Virus record (IMG/VR): IMGVR_UViG_2711768037_000005
Location: 3,040 to 67,039 of that record
From: a virus
Taxonomy: Duplodnaviria > Heunggongvirae > Uroviricota > Caudoviricetes
Direction: 5' to 3' (one strand)
Length of the DNA stretch: 64,000 nucleotides
The translations under genes were made by a program, and so were the position numbers. How positions within the stretch are numbered: the stretch's first letter is position 1; every line of letters starts with the position of its first letter. The notes beneath the pieces were generated by a model. The model was not told the origin of the DNA, did not search any database, and saw only the letters and a program-made list of their open reading frames with translations. This document shows positions 59,003 to 64,000 of the stretch, piece after piece.

Positions 59003-59161
59003 AGACGTAATCCCTGGTGATGTGCTCATAACATCTAAAGGTCAACAATGTGCGGTTAAATCTTTTTGGATGGAAGATGACAAAGTGACTCTGTTCGGTA
59101 CGGATGGTTCCGAAACTGATTATGACTACGACGAATTGCTTGTTGTTGAGAGAGCTGCCTA

Positions 59162-59584
59162 ATGACCACCTTAACCAAAGAACAGTTAATCTCCCATGCA
59201 CGCGAAAGCGTTAGTTATCTGGAAGACTTGAAAGGACGTGTTAGTAAAGAAGGTGCGGACTGCAAAGTTGTTATTGAGATGGTTGAACGAGATCTAAAAC
59301 TGGCACGAATTGCACTGGCCTCGCTGGAAGCAAAACCAATAGGTGCTTTCCACATTGCAGAACAGCAGGTCGATGGCACAAGTGACTACATCAAGGATGG
59401 AGAATGGCCTATTGATAATGGAATTATTGAGGTCTACGCCGCTCCACCCGTTCCAGTAGTACCGGAAGAAAAACCAATGCCTAATCCTCTTAGCATGTAC
59501 GCGGTTGATGCTGTTGCCGCTATTGCAGAGGTGAGAGGCTGGAACGCCTGCCGTGCCGCTATGCTTCAGGGAAAAGGAGAGTGA
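59162..59584 (+). CDS. hypothetical protein
   Basis: 140 aa ORF. Confidence 0.45.
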   Translation: MTTLTKEQLISHARESVSYLEDLKGRVSKEGADCKVVIEMVERDLKLARIALASLEAKPIGAFHIAEQQVDGTSDYIKDGEWPIDNGIIEVYAAPPVPVVPEEKPMPNPLSMYAVDAVAAIAEVRGWNACRAAMLQGKGE

Positions 59585-59585
59585 T

Positions 59586-60161
59586 ATGACCACTATAACC
59601 GATAAGAAACAGTATCCAGGCGAGCAATATCTTAATGAGCTGATCACCAACATAGAGTTTGCTGCAAGGGCACCAGTTGAAGTCGTGAGAGCAATGGCAG
59701 CAGAGCTACAGAAGCGGCGCGAAGCTGATAGTGCCGAACCTGCAAGTAATCATGAAGAGTTGCCGCTTGATTATCTCCAAGGTCAAAAAGATGGTCTTGA
59801 ATGGGCTGCGCAGCTTGCAGAAGCAAATCACCCACAAACTGGCGACTGGCTTTACGATGACCCGCTGGAGCTGGCTAAAGCTATCAGAAAAGGTCCTGAC
59901 ATGCCCGAATTCGATGGACCAACTCCGGTAACTCCGGATGGCTGGATAAGCTGTAGTGAGCGAATGCCGAAAAAGAATCAGAACGTACTTATTTCGGTGA
60001 ATTTCGATAGTGATCTGGTTGAGCCGCTAATATGCTCCGCACGCTATACCGGAAGCACCTTTCGGCGAGGAGAAGCAACGATTAAGCCGGGCAATGGTGT
60101 TGAGCAGGTAACACACTGGATGCCGCTACCAGAACCGCCGCAGGAGTCGAAGAGTGAATAA
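59586..60161 (+). CDS. DUF551-like protein (lambdoid accessory-region family)
   Basis: C-terminal DGWISCSERMPKK...VTHWMPLPEPP matches the characteristic W-x-P-L-P-E-P-P end of DUF551 proteins as remembered; start at ATG 59586. Confidence 0.5.
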   Translation: MTTITDKKQYPGEQYLNELITNIEFAARAPVEVVRAMAAELQKRREADSAEPASNHEELPLDYLQGQKDGLEWAAQLAEANHPQTGDWLYDDPLELAKAIRKGPDMPEFDGPTPVTPDGWISCSERMPKKNQNVLISVNFDSDLVEPLICSARYTGSTFRRGEATIKPGNGVEQVTHWMPLPEPPQESKSE

Positions 60162-60375
60162 AGCAGAGTTATTTCAGAAAATATCGGCTCTCGCGACTGA
60201 ATGCCACGCTATAGCATCTGAGCTTGATGTTGGCGATGAACGAACCGAGATGTTCGAAATATACAGTGTGCTGCGCAATCTCTGTCGGCGTGGCTACGCC
60301 ACTCAGGTAGGGCGAATAACTAACCCACTGCTCACCTCCTTTGGTGATGATGACTCGAATGAGGATGAAGAATGA
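60154..60375 (+). CDS. hypothetical small acidic protein
   Basis: 73 aa ORF. Confidence 0.35.
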   Translation: MNKAELFQKISALATECHAIASELDVGDERTEMFEIYSVLRNLCRRGYATQVGRITNPLLTSFGDDDSNEDEE

Positions 60376-61226
60376 TGCATAAATCATTAGCCGGTGAGCT
60401 TCAGGAGGAAGTAGATAATACTACCGTTCTATTGGACGATATTATAAGCATTCTTGCGCTTCTTGAGGCTGGCGATTGGTCAGAACATTGCACTAAAACA
60501 GAGCTAGGCGGTCGGCTTGAAAGAGAGATTACACGACTTATTGATGATGCGCAGGAAGCTACAGTCACTAGTTATGAGTTAATCGCTGAAGCCTGGCGTT
60601 TGATGGATGGACAAGATCCTAAAACCAGCGATTGGCATAGCAAGGCTTCGAAGTATTTAAATTCCGATAGGGTAGAAAAAGTTGATGATGTGAAACCGAA
60701 GCCAGTAGACCACGGTTTCCGCGATAACTGCGAATGCTCTAGTTGCCAGACCACGGCCCGTATTTGTTCCGAATTGACAGATAAGTCCAGCCTAATCTAC
60801 GAAGTTAATGTAGGCGGTAATACATGGGGCGAATGCACAAGAGCTGCATACGTAAGAGCAAAAGACAAGGGTGAATTAACCAGAGTTGTTACCCATCACC
60901 CAAATAATGAGCTTAAAGATCAACAGATTAGAGAACTGGTGAACGAGTTGCGGGATATTGCGGTTCAGTACCACGGAACGCAGCAATTGCGGGAGAAAAT
61001 TGCCAGAGCAGTGAATAACTCGCTCAAAGGTGGACAATTTCAACCGAAACGTATACGAATTACGCATATAGGTGAAAACGGCGTAGAAATCCCCCAATTC
61101 TCTGTTGGGGACATCTTTGATGTGTATGGAGAAGAGTTTGGCGAGCCTCACATCACCATGCCTAGTGGCCATGTTTACTGGCTAAGAGCTATGGAGAAAT
61201 ATGGTGATAAATGGGAAGTGTTATGA
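60372..61226 (+). CDS. hypothetical protein
   Basis: 284 aa; contains CECSSCQ. Confidence 0.45.
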   Translation: MMHKSLAGELQEEVDNTTVLLDDIISILALLEAGDWSEHCTKTELGGRLEREITRLIDDAQEATVTSYELIAEAWRLMDGQDPKTSDWHSKASKYLNSDRVEKVDDVKPKPVDHGFRDNCECSSCQTTARICSELTDKSSLIYEVNVGGNTWGECTRAAYVRAKDKGELTRVVTHHPNNELKDQQIRELVNELRDIAVQYHGTQQLREKIARAVNNSLKGGQFQPKRIRITHIGENGVEIPQFSVGDIFDVYGEEFGEPHITMPSGHVYWLRAMEKYGDKWEVL

Positions 61227-61764
61227 GGGATGCGAAGTTATGACTAAATTTGGAAAGCTGGAAGCTCATTTGCTAACTCGTAACTACCGCCATGATGTGC
61301 ATCCATATAGACAGTGGATCGATGAAAGCGAAGGAGTTGTTACATTCCCTCTATACAGGTTTGATGGGATGTTGGCCGGGTATCAGACATACAGACCAGG
61401 CGCTCCTAAGCAGCATAGCAATCCGAAGATGGCCCGGTATTTCACACGAGCGCACGGCAGACAGCTACTATGGGGAACCTATCTTCCTTTGAAAGATGGA
61501 CCTATATGGATAACTGAGTCGATTTTTAAAAGTGCAGCAGTGCACAACGCTGGCGGAAATTCGTGGGCGCTGTTAGGTTCGACTTTCTCAGCAGGATTAC
61601 GTCGTCAACTGGCAATGCTGCCGTATGACTTTCGTGTTATAGGTGACAATGATGCGGCTGGTGAATCACTTGTGAAGTCTTTCGGAAAAGGTTTTGTGGC
61701 ACCGGATCTTGACGAGCTACAACCACATGAAGTGTCTAATTTGATTTTTAGCCATAGCCAATAA
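61201..61764 (+). CDS. Toprim-domain protein
   Basis: 187 aa; conserved Glu (IWITESIFKS) and DxD (VIGDNDAAGE) spaced as in Toprim folds. Confidence 0.4.
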   Translation: MVINGKCYEGCEVMTKFGKLEAHLLTRNYRHDVHPYRQWIDESEGVVTFPLYRFDGMLAGYQTYRPGAPKQHSNPKMARYFTRAHGRQLLWGTYLPLKDGPIWITESIFKSAAVHNAGGNSWALLGSTFSAGLRRQLAMLPYDFRVIGDNDAAGESLVKSFGKGFVAPDLDELQPHEVSNLIFSHSQ

Positions 61765-61780
61765 GCATCCCTTCTCCATT

Positions 61781-61853
61781 AAGGCCACAACTAGTGGCCT
61801 TAAACAATTTGTTTTCTACGTTTTCTTATTTGAGAAAATCACGTTGCTGGCAG
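61781..61853. repeat. ~65-bp direct repeat unit, copy B (hairpin AAGGCCACAACTAGTGGCCTT + AAACAATTTGTTTTCTACGTTTTCTTATTTGAGAAAAT)
   Basis: paired with copy A at 55508-55575. Confidence 0.6.
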
Positions 61854-62043
61854 CTCATAGGCTTGTTGTTATACATAGCTGTATAGATTATGAGCGTAAA
61901 TTATTAGCAGCTAATTCCTTATTAACTGATTGGCAACGAGGTTACGCTGATCCGTTGGTGATGAATAGTAGCAAAGAGCACAAAATCATCAGCGGTGGTT
62001 GATGTGCGTAACGCGTTTGCACCAAAGGTGCTTCTTTAATGTA

Positions 62044-62063
62044 TACTGTATAGATGAACAGTA
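62044..62063. promoter_or_regulatory. LexA (SOS) box TACTGTATAGATGAACAGTA upstream of the umuD'-like gene
   Basis: matches CTGT-N8-ACAG consensus with flanking TA; sits 19 bp upstream of the start codon. Confidence 0.75.
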
Positions 62064-62081
62064 TTTTGGAGTAAAAACGCT

Positions 62082-62471
62082 ATGGCCTTCCCTTCTCCTG
62101 CGGCGGATTATGTTGAAAGCAGAATTTCTCTTGATCAGCAACTAATCAGGCATCCATCAGCGACCTACTTCATGCGGGCAGCTGATAGTCATCATCGTGA
62201 GGGAATATTACAGGGTGCATTGCTGGTGGTCGATTCCTCACTTACCCCGGTTGATGGTTCTCTGCTTGTATGCGCTCTGGATGGGGAATATCGCGTAAAA
62301 AGATACCGGAAGTATCCACGTCAGCATCTGGAGGATTTAAGAACTGGTAAGAAGGAAGCATTGCCAAAGGATGACGATGGATGCACGGGCAGCAATGCCG
62401 TGTTTGGTGTGATCACTCACATTATCAACGACGCAAGAAGTGGCGAGTTTGATGATTGTCCTGTGATGTAG
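62082..62471 (+). CDS. UmuD'-like protein (LexA/S24 peptidase fold, pre-truncated; P1 HumD-like)
   Basis: 129 aa; begins [30 protein letters not shown], matching UmuD from just after its RecA-mediated cleavage site ([29 protein letters not shown]); Ser and Lys of the dyad present. Confidence 0.75.
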   Translation: [129 protein letters not shown]

Positions 62472-62484
62472 GAGAACTGTTTAG

Positions 62485-62510
62485 GTGGTGCATTGCACCA
62501 CCTTTTTATC
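62485..62510. terminator. bidirectional terminator hairpin between convergent umuD'-like and apbC
   Basis: GGTGGTGCA-T-TGCACCACC followed by TTTTTAT. Confidence 0.6.
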
Positions 62511-63609
62511 ACACTGCGCGGAATGCGATTTCGCTAGGTATTACTTCACCTTGCCAATACATTTGGGCAGCAACGCGATCTGCGAGGTCACGATAAATAG
62601 CCGTAAATTCGCTATCTGGACGACTAATAACGGTTGGTGTTCCGTTATCCAGATCTTCACGAAGTGAGATATGAAGTGGCATTTGGCCTAACAACTGCGT
62701 GTTGTATTTCTCGGCCAGTTTCTCTGCGCCACCGGTGCCAAAAATTGGCTCGTGATGACCGCAGTTACTGCAAATATGCACACTCATGTTTTCGACGATA
62801 CCCAGTACCGGCACTTCGACTTTTTCGAACATCACAATGCCTTTCTTCGCATCGATCAGCGCGATGTCTTGCGGCGTAGTTACCACAACCGCACCAGTTA
62901 CAGGAATGTTCTGCGCCAGCGTCAACTGAATATCACCAGTGCCCGGCGGCATATCGAGAACGAGATAGTCCAGATCAGGCCATAGAGTTTCCTGCAACAT
63001 CTGCATCAGCGCCTTGCTGGCCATCGGTCCACGCCACACCATTGCATTGTCGTCGGTGACCAGATAACCAATAGAGTTGGTTGCCAGGCCATGAGACATG
63101 ATAGGTGCCATGTGAGTACCGTCAGGTGAGGTTGGACGTTGGTTTTCCGCGCCCAGCATGGTTGGAATTGATGGACCATAGATATCGGCATCCAAAATAC
63201 CAACTTTCGCACCTTCAGCAGCCAACGCCAGTGCCAGGTTTACCGCCGTGGAGGATTTACCCACGCCGCCCTTGCCTGAGCTGACGGCGATAATGTTCTT
63301 AACGCCATTAATGCCTGGTTGGTTTTTGACGCGCTTAAGCGTGGCAATGTTGTACGACAGCTTCCAGTCAATAGCCTTTGCGCCAGTGATACGGAGCAGA
63401 TCACTACTACATTGCTCTTTCAGGTCTTCAAAAGGCTTATTCCACACGAAAGGCATGATTAGTTCGACATGCAGTGTGTCATCCATCAACGCAACATGGT
63501 GTAACGCTTTAAGCGTAGTCAGGTTGTGTTTCAGGGTTGGGTGCTGAAAATTAGCCAGCGTACCGGCTACCATTGCTCTCAGGGCATCCGGCGATTTGGA
63601 CTCGCTCAT
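62509..63609 (-). CDS. apbC: Fe-S cluster carrier ATPase ApbC/Mrp (chromosomal housekeeping gene)
   Basis: 366 aa; near-identical to remembered E. coli Mrp over most of its length (AVSSGKGGVGKSSTAVNLALALAAEGAKVGILDADIYGPS, ICSNCGHHEPIFG). Confidence 0.95.
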   Translation of the reverse strand: MSESKSPDALRAMVAGTLANFQHPTLKHNLTTLKALHHVALMDDTLHVELIMPFVWNKPFEDLKEQCSSDLLRITGAKAIDWKLSYNIATLKRVKNQPGINGVKNIIAVSSGKGGVGKSSTAVNLALALAAEGAKVGILDADIYGPSIPTMLGAENQRPTSPDGTHMAPIMSHGLATNSIGYLVTDDNAMVWRGPMASKALMQMLQETLWPDLDYLVLDMPPGTGDIQLTLAQNIPVTGAVVVTTPQDIALIDAKKGIVMFEKVEVPVLGIVENMSVHICSNCGHHEPIFGTGGAEKLAEKYNTQLLGQMPLHISLREDLDNGTPTVISRPDSEFTAIYRDLADRVAAQMYWQGEVIPSEIAFRAV

Positions 63610-63766
63610 CCCGTCTCCTTTATTTTAATTTGCGCAATTATCGCCTTGTAGTGTACTCCAGCTACGACATTTAATCATTTATGAGAAATGCTGTTATCAC
63701 ATGGCAGACATAAGGCCATTTTGTTACTATCAAGCCCCTTTTCACTACAAAGAAGTAATGCCTACT

Positions 63767-64000
63767 ATGACCCAAGTCGCGAAGAAAATTCTGGTGACGT
63801 GCGCGCTGCCGTACGCTAACGGCTCAATCCACCTCGGCCATATGCTGGAGCACATCCAGGCTGATGTCTGGGTTCGTTACCAGCGAATGCGCGGCCACGA
63901 GGTTAATTTCATCTGTGCCGACGATGCCCACGGTACGCCAATCATGCTGAAAGCACAGCAGCTTGGTATCACACCGGAACAGATGATTGGCGAAATGAGT
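63767..64000 (+). CDS. metG: methionyl-tRNA synthetase, 5' partial (runs off window)
   Basis: [44 protein letters not shown] with HIGH-type motif; divergent from apbC as in E. coli. Confidence 0.95.

Overview
This window reads as one large phage-plasmid-like element (SSU5/pHCM2/P1-style) that runs into recognisable Escherichia-type chromosomal genes at its right end (apbC/mrp on the minus strand, then the 5' end of metG). Nearly all element genes are on the + strand. Four blocks are supportable from sequence: (1) plasmid maintenance: a ParA-type ATPase plus small RHH-like partner at 12-1039, and a RepFIB/P1-type repA (minus strand) flanked on both sides by 16-bp iterons with a GATC-rich, DnaA-box-containing origin-like segment (30.2-32.1 kb); (2) a T4-flavoured replication, recombination and nucleotide-metabolism set: DnaB-like helicase, primase, DNA ligase, DnaE-type polymerase, gp32-like SSB, 5'-3' exonuclease, RecA/UvsX-like recombinase, SbcD/SbcC-like nuclease, RuvC-like resolvase, NrdA/NrdB, thymidylate synthase, DHFR, DnaQ-like exonuclease, RNase HI, and a CobT/CobS-like vWA + AAA+ pair; (3) a tRNA cluster (Asn, Tyr, Thr, Ser-like) embedded in repeated covarying hairpin modules, followed by an SASA-type esterase/lectin gene, a P4-family tyrosine integrase and an XRE-like regulator; (4) an accessory region (49.5-62.5 kb) with a TerB-like protein, an AT-rich two-gene island, a second adenine methyltransferase-like protein, an HD (SpoT-like) hydrolase, a protein carrying a near-copy of the ClpX N-terminal zinc-binding domain, a DUF551-like protein, a Toprim protein and a UmuD'-like gene behind a LexA box. 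No single new 'system' can be proven from sequence alone; the strongest leads are the ClpX-ZBD fusion protein, the apparent contiguity of a plasmid-type replicon with chromosomal DNA, the covarying RNA hairpin modules in the tRNA cluster, an ORF-free structured region upstream of rnhA, and two recurrent intergenic motif families. All calls are by eye from the ORF translations and from remembered family motifs; no database search was run, and coordinates of non-coding elements are approximate to a few bases.
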